Of a DNA stretch of 64,000 nt, positions 1-11,844 are shown piece after piece. The translations under genes and the position numbers were made by a program. The notes under the pieces were generated by a model that was given only the letters and a program-made list of their open reading frames with translations, was not told the DNA's origin and did not search any database. The stretch comes from Malacoraja senta (lineage: Eukaryota): the NCBI GenBank assembly GCA_038087875.1, contig CM075991.1, positions 1,550,001 through 1,614,000 of the forward strand, in the 5' to 3' direction. Positions within the stretch are counted from its first letter, which is position 1. Every line of letters starts with the position of its first letter.

Positions 1-751
1 TGCCCTTGTTGTGAGTGGGGGGATGGGGAGAGAGAGCAGTGTTGCGGGGTATGGCAGAGACCCTGGTGCGAGCCTCATCTATGGTGGAGGAGGGGAACCC
101 CCGTTCCCTGAAAAATGTGGACATTTCGGATGCCCTGATGTGGAACGCCTCATCCTGGGAGCAGATGCGGCGTAGACGGAGGAATTGGGAGTGGGGGATG
201 GAGTCCTTACAGGAAGCAGGGTGGGAAGAAGTGTAGTCCAGATAGCCATGGGAGTCGGTAGGTTTGTAGTGGATGTCAGTAAGAAGTCTATCACCTGCGA
301 TGGAGATAGTGAGGTCAAGGAATGGTAGGGAAGTGTCGGAAATGGTCCAGGTGTATTTGAGTGCCGGATGGAAGTTGGTGGTGAAGCGGATGAAGTCAGT
401 CAGTTGTGTGTGGGTGCAGGATGTGGCACCAAAACAGTCATCGATGTAGCGGAGGTAGAGGTCGGGGATGGGGCCCTGGTACGCATTGAACAAGGATTGT
501 TCTACGTACCCGACAAAGAGGCAGGCGTACCTGGGGCCCATGCGTGTGCCCATAGCTACGCCTTGTATTTGGAGGAAATGGGAGGAGTCAAATGAGAAGT
601 TATTGAGGGTAAGGACCAGCTCCGCTAGGCGGAGGAGGGTGTCAGTGGCCGGGTATAGGTTGCTTCTACGGTCGAGGAAAAAACGGAGGGCTTCGAGACC
701 ATCCTGGTGGGGGATGGAGGTGTACAATGACTGGACGTCCATGGTGAAGAT
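1..751 (-). mobile_element. Penelope-like element (PLE), reverse transcriptase fragment running off the window edge
   Basis: Minus-strand translation gives IFTMDVQSLYTSIPH...GVAMGTRMGP.YACLFVG...YLRYIDD; homologous to the PLE copies at 6895-7925 and 9199-11083. Confidence 0.9.
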
Positions 752-1029
752 GATTTCTAAATTGTCTTCAGTGTCAGATAGTGCTGGTCGGTGCAGACTC
801 GTTCGGCCAGAGGGCTTGTTTCCATACTGTACCTCTAAGGTCTAAAGTATCGTACATTGATCATGAAACAACCACTTACATCCAAGTTCCATTGATTATA
901 ATGTTTAACTTAGCCGACCAGCGATCCCTATACATTAGCACTATTATACACCCTAGTGACGAACCCGGGTCTCTGGCGCAAAGGCAACTCTGCGCAACCG
1001 TGCCGCCCAGCATTTCAATCAACCAGATT

Positions 1030-1165
1030 CTACCACTCACTACACACTGTGGGCAATTTACGATGGCCATCTAATTTATCATGGAAGCAACCCGCGTAGA
1101 TGAGGAAACAACACCGTCATGGGGAGAATGTGCAAACACTAAAGACTGCACTTTAGGACGGGAGT
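1030..1165 (-). mobile_element. Degenerate SINE fragment (V-SINE-like core)
   Basis: Reverse complement matches 6290-6592 (gtgtttgcacattctccccatga; gatggccatcgtaaattgcccac). Confidence 0.5.
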
Positions 1166-1239
1166 GAAACCGGGTGAATGGTTCAGTTGCGGACCGAGTT
1201 CACGATGTGTGAGGGGTGAGGGGACGGATGGGTGGTGTC

Positions 1240-1610
1240 AGTCCCTCGTTGACCGCCCGCCGCTCTGACTTCCCGCTCTCGCCGCCTTCACAGACGACAC
1301 GTCAGGAGAAGGCCCGTCTCTCCTCAGCCGACCCATCGACAAAGTAAACGGGCACGGTCGCCAACAGCGCGGGCCCAGACTAACGGCCGCAATGGAACGC
1401 CGCTCACCTGCCGCCGCCTCCCCGGGGCCGGAGATCGCCGCACTTCCGGTGTTATCGCGCGCCGGCGGCCGTTGGTCAATCGGAATTCAAACTCTCCCGC
1501 CAACAGACGGCGCACGCGCTGGTGGCTGGAGGACTGCGCATGCGTGACGTACACAGCGCGTGCGGTCACGTGGTGTTGGCTGCCGTCAGCGTCGGATGTT
1601 GGAAGATCCG
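1240..1610. promoter_or_regulatory. CpG-island-like housekeeping-type promoter
   Basis: High CpG density; ETS site CACTTCCGG 1441-1449; NRF1-like TGCGCATGCG ~1535; TGACGT ~1545; E-box GTCACGTG ~1565. Confidence 0.6.
1408..1480 (-). other. Putative non-coding first exon of a gene extending left of the window
   Basis: Minus-strand donor CAG|GTGAGC at 1408/1407 inside the CpG island; TSS position is a guess. Confidence 0.35.
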
Positions 1611-1960
1611 AGAAATGTGTTAAACTGAAGGATCCACTTGTCCATCGTGAAATTCCTTTAAAATCAGGGCTGTTCATTCAAGGAAACGGTGGATGAAGAA
1701 GATAGAAACATGCGGCCGATCTTAATTATTCTATTGAGACAGATCCCACGTCCGCTGACATTCCGGTTTCCAGTTTTATTTTTATGTAATCCAGAATATA
1801 ATGAATCATTCTCCACTTCTTACTTTGTGAAGAACATTTTCCAGACTTCGATCTTAATGTATTTATGATCTCGTAGATGTGGCAAATGTGGACTTCCAAA
1901 AGCAATCTGACAAAATGCCACTTGGTGGACTCGTCCCCTCAGTATTGAAGGCCTTAGAAT

Positions 1961-2068
1961 AAAACATAGAAACATAGAAAATAGGTGCAGGAGGAGGCCA
2001 TTTGGCCCTTCGAGCCAGCACTGCCATTCATTGCGATCATGGCTGATCGTCCCAATCAATAACCCGTG
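1961..2068 (-). mobile_element. CR1 (HER1-type) LINE 3' tail
   Basis: (ATAGAAAC)n repeats followed by aataggtgcagg..ggccatt.ggcccttcgagcc, as in the other CR1 tails of the window. Confidence 0.85.
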
Positions 2069-2182
2069 GAGAAACGGGTGGAGAATTAACTGAATTACAA
2101 GGAAAAAAATGTTTTAACGATAGAAGAATGTGCTTCGTGGATTTCACCAGATTTCACCAGAAATTGGTATTATGCTTTCTCA

Positions 2183-3076
2183 AAATAATAATAATAATAA
2201 TACATTTTATTTATATAGCGCTTTTCAGGACTCAAAGTCGCTTTACAATTGAGAGTCAGGACTAAACAAAACAAAATAGAGCAGTAAGACAGAGGGGAGG
2301 GGAACATGGGACTAAGGGTATGCAGAGGTGAAGAGATGGGTCTTGAGGCGGGACTGGAAGATGGTGAGGGACTCAGAATTTCGGACCGGTTGTGGGAGGG
2401 AATTCCAGAGCCTGGGAGCTGCCCTGGAGAAGGCTCTGCCTCCAAAAGTGCAGAGGTTTGATTTCGGAGTGGAGAGGAGACCAGCTGATGTGGATCTGAG
2501 GGACCGTGAGGGTTGGTAGGGGGAGAGGAGGTCAATGAGATAAGGGGGGGCCAGGTTGTTGAGGGCTTTGTAGGTGAGGACCAGGATTTTGTAGGTGATC
2601 CGGTGGGAAATGGGAAGCCAGTGAAGTTCTTTGAGAACTGGGGTGATGTGGTGCCAGGATTTGGTGTGGGTAATGAGTCGAACGGCTGCATTTTGGACCA
2701 GTTGGAGTCGTTTGATGCTGCTGGAATTGATTCCGAAAAGAAGAGAGTTACAGTAGTCCAGTCGGGAGGAGATGAAGGCATGGATGAGTCTTTCAGCAGC
2801 GGGGGGGTGTGAGAGACGATCTGATTTTTGCAATGTTGCGGAGGTGAAAAAATGATGTTTTGACAACATGGCGGATGTGAGGCTCAAGGGAGAGGGTTGA
2901 GTCAAGGATCACGCCAAGGTTGCGTGCCTGAGGAGATGGGGAGACAGTGGTGCCGTCGATAGTGAGAGTGGGGTTGTTAATTTTAGTGAGTGTTGATTTG
3001 GAGCCAATGAGGAGAAATTCTGTTTTGCTACTGTTTAATTTAAGGAAGTTGAGTTGCATCCAAGATTTGATGGCTG
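2183..3076 (-). mobile_element. L2-clade LINE, 5'-truncated ~0.9 kb copy in tandem with the long copy
   Basis: Near-identical to 3077-3976; (TAT)n tail; encodes HAFISSRLDYCNSLL...LHWLPI...AAPRLWNSLP. Confidence 0.9.
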
Positions 3077-6000
3077 ATAATAATAATAATAATAGATTTT
3101 ATTTATATAGCGCTTTTCAGGACTCAAAGTCGCTTTACAATTGAGAGTCAGGAATAAACAAAACAAAATAGAGCAGTAAGACAGAGGGGAGGGGAACATG
3201 GGACTAAGGGTATGCAGAGGTGAAGAGATGGGTCTTGAGGCGGGACTGGAAGATGGTGAGGGACTCAGAATTTCGGACCGGTTGTGGGAGGGAATTCCAG
3301 AGCCTGGGAGCTGCCCTGGAGAAGGCTCTGCCTCCAAAAGTGCAGAGGTTTGATTTCGGAGTGGAGAGGAGACCAGCTGATGTGGATCTGAGGGACCGTG
3401 AGGGTTGGTAGGGGGAGAGGAGGTCAATGAGATAAGGGGGGGCCAGGTTGTTGAGGGCTTTGTAGGTGAGGACCAGGATTTTGTAGGTGATCCGGTGGGA
3501 AATGGGAAGCCAGTGAAGTTCTTTGAGAACTGGGGTGATGTGGTGCCAGGAGTTGGTGTGGGTAATGAGTCGGGCGGCTGCATTCTGGACCAGTTGGAGT
3601 CGTTTGATGCTGCTGGAATTGATTCCGAAAAGAAGAGAGTTACAGTAGTCCAGTCGGGAGGAGATGAAGGCATGGATGAGTCTTTCAGCAGCGGGGGGTG
3701 TGAGAGACGATCTGATTTTTGCAATGTTGCGGAGGTGAAAAAATGATGTTTTGACAACATGGCGGATGTGAGGCTCAAGGGAGAGGGTTGAGTCAAGGAT
3801 CACGCCAAGGTTGCGTGCCTGAGGAGATGGGGAGACAGTGGTGCCGTCGATAGTGAGAGTGGGGTTGTTGATTTTAGTGAGTGTTGATTTGGAGCCAATG
3901 AGGAGAAATTCTGTTTTGCTACTGTTTAATTTAAGGAAGTTGAGTTGCATCCAAGATTTGATGGCTGATAGGCAGGAGTTGATATGGGAGAGAGGGGGGT
4001 GGTGGGGGGACTTGGTGCTGAGATAGATCTGGGTGTCATCAGCATAGCAGTGGAAGTCCAGTTTGAAGTGACGGAGTATATGACCAAGGGGGAGGATGTA
4101 GATGATGAAGAGGAGGGGACCAAGAACGGAGCCTTGGGGAACGCCTTGAGTGACAGTGGCTGTGGCAGAGGTGTGGTTATGGAGAGAGATGAAGTGGGAT
4201 CGGTTGGAAAGGTAAGAACGGAACCAGCTGAGTGCAGAACCTTCAATGCCAAGGTCCCTAAGTCTGGTGAGCAGGATGTTGTGGTTGACGGTATCGAAGG
4301 CTGCACTCAGGTCGAGGAGGATGAGGATATTGAGGGAGCCAGAGTCAGCAGAGGTAAGGAGGTCATTGAGGACTTTGAGGAGAGCGGTTTCTGTGCTATG
4401 GAGGGGGCGAAAGCCAGATTGGAGGGGTTCGAATAGGTTATACGCGAGGAGGTGGGAATGAAGTTGTGACGCGACGATGCGCTCCAGGGTTTTTGAAAGA
4501 AAGGGGAGGTTTGAGATGGGGCGGTAGTTAATGAGAGAGGAGGGATCAAGACCAGGTTTCTTTAAGATTGGTGTGACAGCAGCAGTTTTGAAAGCAGAGG
4601 GGACAATTCCTTGGGACAATGAGGAGTTGAAAAGATTAGTGAGGTAGGGGCAGAGAGCAGGGAGGCAGGACTTCAGCAGGGGAGTGGGGAGAGGGTCAAG
4701 GGAGCAGGTAGTGGGTTTGGAAGAGCTGATGAGTTTGGAGATTTCAGTAGGGGTGACCGGGTCAAACTGGGAGAGGAAGCAGTGAGGGGGAGGGGTATGG
4801 AGATCAGCGGAGATGTTGAAAGGAGGGGCCTTGGTAGGTGGTGGAGTAGATGCTGGGGAGTCGGGTACAGGGGATAGGGATTGATAGATGGTGCTAATTT
4901 TATCAGCAAAAAAGTGGAGGAATGAGTTGCAGAGATCCGGAGTGGAGGTAGGGAGAGTGATGGCTCGAGGCTTGAGGCGGTTGCAGACTGTGGAGAAGAG
5001 GGTTCTGTGGTTTAGGCAGGGGTCAGTGAATATGGAGGAGAGGTATGCAGATTTAGCGGCAATGAGGACATCTTTGTAGGCAGTGAGGTGGAGTTTGTAA
5101 GCTTCATGGTGGACTGTGAGAGGTGATTTCTTTATGAGTCGTTCAAGTCGGCGACCAATCTGTTTCAGCTTACGAAGTGCAGGTGTGTACCAGGGTGAAG
5201 ATTTATTAAAAGTTACGGTTCTTGTTTTGGAGGGAGCCAGAGTGTTAAGGGAGGTAGACAAGGTGGAATTGAGATGGTTTGTGAGATCATCAGGTGAGAT
5301 GTGGGTTGAGTCCAGGGGGAGAGTGGTGGAGAGCAGGTCAGAGAGATGGTGAGGATCGATAGATTTTAGATTACTGAAGGTGATTTCTCGGAGGAAGCGG
5401 GGGCGAGGTGTCGGAGAAGGGATGGTGAACCGTATGAGCTTATGATCCGAGAGGGGGAAGAGGCATGGATGGAGGTCGAGTACCGGTTGATTTGTGGAGC
5501 AGACCAGGTCAAGGATGTGACCTTTGTCATGAGTGGGAAAGGTGACGTGCTGAGAGAGAGAAGTTGTCAAGTAGAAAAGCGAATTCAGATGCGAACTTGC
5601 AGGTGGGGGAGTCCATATGAATGTTTAAGTCACCAAGTAGCAGCAGACGTGTGGTGAGAGATGAGACAAGTGTGAGGAATTCAGTGAAATCAGATAGGAA
5701 GGATGGGTTTGGTTTAGGTGGCCGGTAAATGAGGATGACTGTCATGGACGAAAGGGCTTTGAAGGCAAGGAATTCAAATGATGCTACTGGGGGGAGGGTG
5801 AGTTCAACGATAGGAAAGTTCTGGTTGAAAATAACAGCGAGGCCACCTCCAAGGCGGGAGGGGCGGGGTTTGGAAATATAATTAAACCCAGATGGGGATG
5901 CTTGGTTGAGGGAGAAGAAGACATTGGGTTGTTGCCAGGTTTCAGTGAGCAGAAGGAAGTCAAGAGTGTTGTCAAAGATTAGTTCATGGAGGGCAAGGGC

Positions 6001-6170
6001 TTTGTTGTTGAGCGACCGGGTGTTGAGGAGGGCAAAGTTGGCATTGTGAGAGGGTGGAGGGATGGGGGCAGGCTGGAGAGATCTGAGGTTGTCCCAGTTG
6101 ACAGTGCATATGGTCAGCTGGGATGGGGGGTGACACGGTTGAGGGGGGGCAGAGCGTGATAGTGAGCAAA
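3077..6170 (-). mobile_element. L2-clade LINE, long young copy (APE endonuclease + RT)
   Basis: 788-aa ORF with GVPQGSVLGP and YADD; upstream APE motifs LNTRSL, LTETW, IYRPP, GDLNIH; L2-type 3' end with (TAT)n. Confidence 0.92.
3204..6045 (-). pseudogene. L2 ORF2 (endonuclease-RT), apparently broken only by a frameshift in an AG run near 5555
   Basis: ORF 3204-5570 plus the frame of ORF 5527-5745 and its upstream extension. Confidence 0.8.
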
Positions 6171-6274
6171 TGTAATTATGAAGGCTACTGGGATTCCAAA
6201 ATCATAGATGACGCATAACGTGGACCCATACAGAATTGTCAGACGAAAACAAAGGCACAGCACCAGAGACCCAG

Positions 6275-6592
6275 TTTTAAGCCCAACCTGAAGTGCAGTC
6301 TTAGTGTTTGCACATTCTCCCCATGATGGCATTTTTGTCATGAAGAAGGGTTTCGGCCTGAAACATTGCCTATTTCCTTCGCTCCATAGATGCTGCCTCA
6401 CCTGCTGAGTTTCTGCAGCATTTTTGTCTACCTTCGATTTTCCAGCATCTGCAGTTCCTTCTTAAACACTCCCCATGATGGTGTTGTTTCCTCAGATATG
6501 TGGTTTGCTTCCATTTCCTAATGGTATATTGAAGCAAAGCCTGGTATAGAGATGGCCATCGTAAATTGCCCACTGTGTGCAGTGAGTGGTAC
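6275..6592 (+). mobile_element. Degenerate SINE interrupted by a PLE tail
   Basis: Inverted homology to 1030-1165; split by the insert at 6330-6468. Confidence 0.5.
6330..6468 (+). mobile_element. Solo Penelope 3' tail (pLTR fragment) with 13-bp TSD
   Basis: CTCCCCATGATGG at 6317-6329 and 6469-6481; matches the tail of the PLE at 44744-44880. Confidence 0.85.
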
Positions 6593-6597
6593 TCGGG

Positions 6598-6890
6598 CCG
6601 CAATTCTTAAATGTCCTTTGTGAGCCAACGCAATCATCTTTGATTTCTGCTTTTTTGGCACTACGATGCTGTTTCCTCTCAGCACACACCTTCCAATTGT
6701 GCATAGTTCATCTCTGATAGCTGCATATGTCCCGTGTGAACATTCCTCTCTGTCACCTCTTTGGATCCGCCTCCTAACATCTTGTAGTTCTGAAACTTTG
6801 TCCGACTCTTCGTCTATTTCTCTTGATCTCATTGCTTTTGGTGTGGAGTTTACTGCGACAAATCGGACAAATGATTCTGCTTGCGGCTTG
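6598..6890 (-). mobile_element. Ty3/Gypsy (Mag-like) pol remnant, start of the integrase zinc-binding region
   Basis: YAAIRDELCTIGRCVLRGNSIVVP...MIALAHKGH resembles the EL...G.LLRG.RIVIP...L.LAH.GH motif. Confidence 0.7.
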
Positions 6891-6894
6891 ACTA

Positions 6895-8146
6895 GGGTAG
6901 TGGAAGTTGAAGTGCAAAGCCACCGGGAGATCAAGTAGGTTAAGACGGACTGAGCGGAGGTGTTCAGCAAAACGATCGCTGAGCCTGTGCTTGGTCTCGC
7001 CGATGTAGAGAAGTTGACACCTGGAACAGCAGATACAGTAGATGAGGTTGGAGGAGGTGCAAGTGAACCTCTGCCTCACCTGGAAAGACTGTTTGGGTCC
7101 TTGGATGGAGTCGAGGGGGGAGGTAAAGGAACAGGTGTTGCATCTCCTGTGGTTGCAGAGGAAAGTACCTGGGGGAGGGGATGGTGGTGATTTGGGTGGG
7201 GACTAGTTGACCAGGGAGTTTCAGAAGGAATGGTCTCTGTGGTAAGCAGGGAGGGGTGGAGATGGGAAGATGTGGCCCAGTAGTGGGATCCCGTTGGAGG
7301 TGGCAAAAATGTTGGAGGATTATATGCTGTATGCGATGGCTGATGGGGTGGAAGATGAGGACAAGGGGGACTCTGTCCTTGTTACGAATGGGGGGAAGGG
7401 GAGCAAGAGCAGAGCTGTGGGATATCGGGGAGACCCTAGTGAGAGCCTCATCTATAATCGAAGAGGGGAACCACCGTTTCCTAAAGAATGAGGACCTCTC
7501 CAATGCCCTGGTATGGAACACCTCATCCTGGGCGCAGATGCAGCGTAGACGGAAGAATTGGGAGAAGGGGACAGAGTCTTTACAGGAAGCAGGGTGGGAA
7601 GAAGTGTGGTCAAGATAGCTATGGGAGTCAGTAGGTTTATAGTAGATGTCGGTCAATAGTCTGTTTCCTGTGATGGAGACGGTGAGATCTAGAAACGGTA
7701 GAGATGGTCCAAGTGAATTTGAGTGCAGGATGGAAATTAGTGGTGAAGTTGATGAAGTCAATGCGTTCTGCATGGGTGCAGGAGGTAGCATCAAAGCAGT
7801 CAATGTAGCGGAGGTAGATTTCGGGGATAGGGCCAGTGTACGCCTGGAACAGGGATTGTTCGACATACCCGACAAAGAGACAGGCATAGCTAGGACCCAT
7901 GCGAGTGCCTATAGCTACGCCTTGGATTCTCTATCGCCTCCCCCTTCCCAGTTCTCCCACTAGTCTTACTGTCTCCGACTACATTCTATCTTTGCCCTGC
8001 CCCCTCCCCGACATCAGTCTGAAGAAGGGTCTTGACCCAAAATGTCACCCATTCTCTCCAGAGATGCTGCCTGACCCGCTGAGTTTCTCCAGCATTTCGT
8101 GTCTACCTTTGATTTTAACCCGCATCTGCAGTTCTTTCCTGCACAT
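6895..8146 (-). mobile_element. Penelope-like element (RT C-terminus + GIY-YIG, 6895-7925 minus) with an inverted tail (7926-8146 plus)
   Basis: NLIYCICCSRCQLLYIGET.HRLSDRFAEH; LPFLDL...TDIYYKPTDSHSYL; plus-strand tail with ctgaagaagggtc motif. Confidence 0.9.
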
Positions 8147-8149
8147 TCT

Positions 8150-8380
8150 TCCTTATCAACCTCCTCAGTGGCTCTGCTACATTGGCGAGGTTTGTATTAA
8201 ATCTTGCCCTCAGCTGGATTGATGCCATTTCTCGTCACCTTGTGACCCATAAACACCAATTCTGAAACAATAAGCAAACATTTGTCCACATTCACTTTCA
8301 ATCCAAAAGCCTTCAACCGAACTAGTGTCTGCCTGAGTCATGTTCCTGGTGTGTGGTACCATGAATAATGATATAATAGG
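8150..8380 (-). mobile_element. Ty3/Gypsy RT C-terminal remnant
   Basis: IIIHGTTHQEHD...LRQTLVRLKAFGLKVNVDKC...ELVFMGHKVTRNGINP...NLANVAEPLRRL. Confidence 0.7.
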
Positions 8381-8612
8381 TTGAGGCTAAAATCCAAGAG
8401 CTCATTAAACAGTATATAATTGAACCTTTTTGAAGAATCGATGTCATGGGTCAGTTCAGTTGTGGTAGTTCCATAGCCAAAAGGAGAGATAAGGCTTTGC
8501 ATGGACAGAGACTAATAAAGGAGCCAATAATATGAGAGGTGCACCCCATACGTACTGCCGATGAGGTCCTACAAGAGCTATCCATAAGCAAGGTATTTTC
8601 AAAGCTAGATCT
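8381..8612 (+). mobile_element. Ty3/Gypsy RT N-terminal remnant, inverted relative to the rest
   Basis: VEAKIQELIKQYIIEP...SWVSSVVVVP*PKGEIRLCMD...HPIRTADEVLQELSISKVFSKLDL. Confidence 0.75.
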
Positions 8613-10025
8613 AATGTTAGACCGTCGGCCGAGGTGCTTTTTTTTTCATTTCGTGACCCATATCCCATATCTACCTGTATTTATAACATATTGTGTAAAA
8701 ATATTATAGAAATTATATCTCAAACTCGTCAAGAACAAAACCTGCACATATTTTTAAAATATGGAAAAAAACTCCAAAAGTTTTTCAATTTTCGGCGTAG
8801 TAAGTTTCCAATCAAAGCACGTTTGATATTGAGTCGGATGCCTATTGACCAATCACGCGCTTTGTTTCAGGCTAGCTAGGAGGGGAGCCCACTGGAAACA
8901 TGGTGGATGCTACTGTGACGGAAGATTCAGAGGAAGGTTCTTCAGTCTTCTGTGCAATACATGTTGTCGAAACCACAGCAAGGTCATTGCATTTAGTGAG
9001 AAAAGCTTTAAGAAGTCTCAAGAATGTGCAGTTAAGTGGATAGAAGTGGAAGAAAGTCTGGAAAGCAGTCGCTGCTAAGGCCCTGCAACTCAAACACCGC
9101 AGCCAAGGACATTGTGAAGCAACTGGAACTGGAAGGTACGATCTAACTTCAGAATTTATGAAAATTAACCCATTCTTGACAACTAGTATCATTTTGATAT
9201 CATTTTGACAGACTACTGACCGACATCTACTATAAACCCACTGACTTCCATGCCTATCTGGAGTACACTTCCACCCAGCATCCTGTGAGGACTCCATCCC
9301 CTACTCCCAATTCCTCTGTCTACGCCGCATCTGCACCCAGGATGAAGTGTTCCAAACCAGGGCATCGGAGAAGTCCTCATTCTTTAGGGAATGGGGGTTC
9401 CCCTCTTCTGCTATAGATGAGGCTCTCACCAGGGTCACTTCTATACCCCATAACTCTGCTCTCACTCCCCATTCCCCCACTCGTAACAAGGGCAGAATCC
9501 CCCAGTGTCCTCACCTTCCACCCTACCAGCCGTCACATACAACAAATAGTCCCCCGACATTTTCGCCACCTCCAACGGGATCCCACCACTGGCCACATCT
9601 TCCCATCTCCTCCCCTTTCGACTTTAAGCAGAGACCGCTCCCTCCGTAACTCCCTGGTTAATTTGTCCCTTCCCACCCAAACCAACCCCTCTCCTGGTAC
9701 TTTCCCTTGAAATGCTACACTTGTCGCTTTACCTCCCCCGTTGACTCCATCCAAGGACCCAAGCAGTCTTTCCATGTGTGGCAGAAGTTCACCTGCACCT
9801 CGTCCAACCTCATCTATTGCATCCGCTGCTCTAGGTGTCAGCTGCTCTACATCGGTGAGACCAAGCGTGGGCTTGGCGAACACTTCACCCAACGCCTCCA
9901 CTCGGTTTGCAATAACCAACCTGATCTCCCGGTGGCTCAGCACTTCAACGCCCCCTCTCATTCCGAATCCGACCTTTCTGTCCTGGGCCTCCTCCATGGC
10001 CAGATTGAGGCCCACCGTAAATTGG

Positions 10026-10365
10026 AAACATAGAAACATAGAACATAGAAAATAGGTGCAGGAGTAGGCCATTCGGCCCTTCGAGCCTGCACGGCCATTC
10101 AATATGATCATGGCTGATCATCCAACTCAGTATCCTGTACCTGCCTTCTCTCCATACCCCCTGATCCCTTTAGCCACAAGGGCCACATCTAACTCCCTCT
10201 TAAATATAGCCAATGAACTGGCCTCAACTACCTTCTGTGGCAGAGAGTTCCAGAGATTCACCACTCTCTGTGTGAAAAATGTTTTTCTCATCTCGGTCCT
10301 AAAGGATTTCCCCTTAATCCTTAAACTGTGACCCCTTGTCCTGGACTTCCCCAACATCGGGAACA
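10026..10365 (-). mobile_element. CR1 (HER1-type) 3' fragment nested in the PLE
   Basis: TRGHSLRIKG...FFTQRVVNLWNSLP; ATAGAAAC tail. Confidence 0.9.
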
Positions 10366-10511
10366 GCACCTCAAATTTTGCTTGGGTAGTTTACACCCCA
10401 GCGGTATGAACATTGACTTCTCCAATTTCAGGTAGTCCCTGCTTTCTCCCTCTTTCCCCTCCCCTTCCCAGCTCTCCCACAGCCCACTGTCTCTGCCTCT
10501 TCCTTTCTTCT

Positions 10512-10966
10512 TACATAGATACATAGATACATAGAAAATAGGTGCAGGAGTAGGCCATTCGGCCCTTCGAGCCTGCACCGCTATTCAATATGATCATGGT
10601 TGATCATCCAACTCAGTATCCCGTACCTGCCTTCTCTCCATACCCCCTGATCCCTTTAGCCACAAGGGCCACATCTAACTCCCTCTTAAATATAGCCAAT
10701 GAACTGGCGTCAACTACCCTCTGTGGCAGAGAGTTCCAGAGATTCACCACTCTCTGTGTGAAAAAGTTTTTCCTCATCTCGGTCTTAAAGGATTTCCCCC
10801 TTATCCTTAAGCTGTGACCCCTTGTCCTGGACTTCCCCAACATCGGGAACAATCTTCCTGCATCTAGCCTGTCCAACCCCATAAGAATTTTGTACGTTTC
10901 TATAAGATCCCCTCTCAATCTCCTAAATTCTAGCGAGTATAAGCCAAGTCTATCCAGTCTTTCTTC
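10512..10966 (-). mobile_element. CR1 (HER1-type) 3' fragment nested in the PLE
   Basis: ERLDRLGLYSLEFRRLRGDLIETYKI...; ATAGATAC tail; CTTTCTTC at both junctions. Confidence 0.9.
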
Positions 10967-10991
10967 CCGCCCCCCCAACCCCCACATCAGT

Positions 10992-11019
10992 CTGAAGAAG
11001 GATCTCGGCCCGAAACGTC
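10992..11019 (+). ncRNA. Minimal hammerhead ribozyme motif (PLE type)
   Basis: CUGAAGA-A-GGAU(CUCG)GCCC-GAAAC-GUC, one mismatch in stem II. Confidence 0.5.
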
Positions 11020-11317
11020 GCCTATTTCCTTCGCTCCATAGATGCTGCCTCACCCACTGAGTTTCTCCAGTATTTTTGTCTACCTAGTATCATTTTGATG
11101 CATCTTTTAACGTGAGATATGAGTCAAAGAAGAGTCTAACTTATGTACAGCAGTAACTTACAGTGTAAATCTGATTAACCTTAAGAAGAGGTTGACATTT
11201 AATTACTTAAAGTCCATGCAGACAAGCACTTTCAGATGTTCTTTTCTGTAACTATCATTTTATGAATAGTTGTAATAGTTGTAACACTTGTAATAGAACT
11301 TTCAAAACTGGCAATAT

Positions 11318-11430
11318 CTAAAGAAGGGTCACGACCCATTCCTTCTCTCCAGAGATGCCGCCCGTCCTGCTGAGTTACTCCAGCGTTTTGTGTCTACGTT
11401 CGGTTCAAACCACCACCTGCAGTTCCTTCC
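11318..11430 (+). mobile_element. Degenerate solo PLE tail
   Basis: aagaagggtcacgaccc..attccttctctccagagatgc..gctgagttactccagc. Confidence 0.7.
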
Positions 11431-11844
11431 AATTCAGTTTGCCTGTTTAAGTTGCTTGCTGACTAGGTTTAGATTACGCCCTGAGACCTTTCCACAACGC
11501 GCAGGGCGATGGAACACGTGCAATTATGCTTAATCTTATGAGATTTTAAGTGCATGCTTAAAGTAGCCCGCGACTATGGTTGCAATGATTTTTAAACCCC
11601 AAACGTGGGCACCCATTTCCCTGCTGCTCACCCTCAGTACAGTCAAATTATTTTATCATTGCCCGGGTCAGTTGTCTGAGTGTTTTGGTGGCATTTTCGA
11701 CTCGACTGTGGTTTGTAAGCGAGTTTTAATAACAGTCTGGTTGGCGACAAGTTTCCCACTTCTCAAGGGACCCTCATCATCTCACCTCATTAATTTTAGC
11801 ACAACAACCATGGACATTGTGAAGCAAGTGGAACTGTAAGGTAC

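Larger units (their letters stand above)
9199..11083 (+). mobile_element. 5'-truncated Penelope-like element with 16-bp TSD, hosting two CR1 insertions
   Basis: CTAGTATCATTTTGAT at 9183-9198 and 11084-11099; GIY-YIG ORF 9707-10033; tail motif at 10992-11019. Confidence 0.9.
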
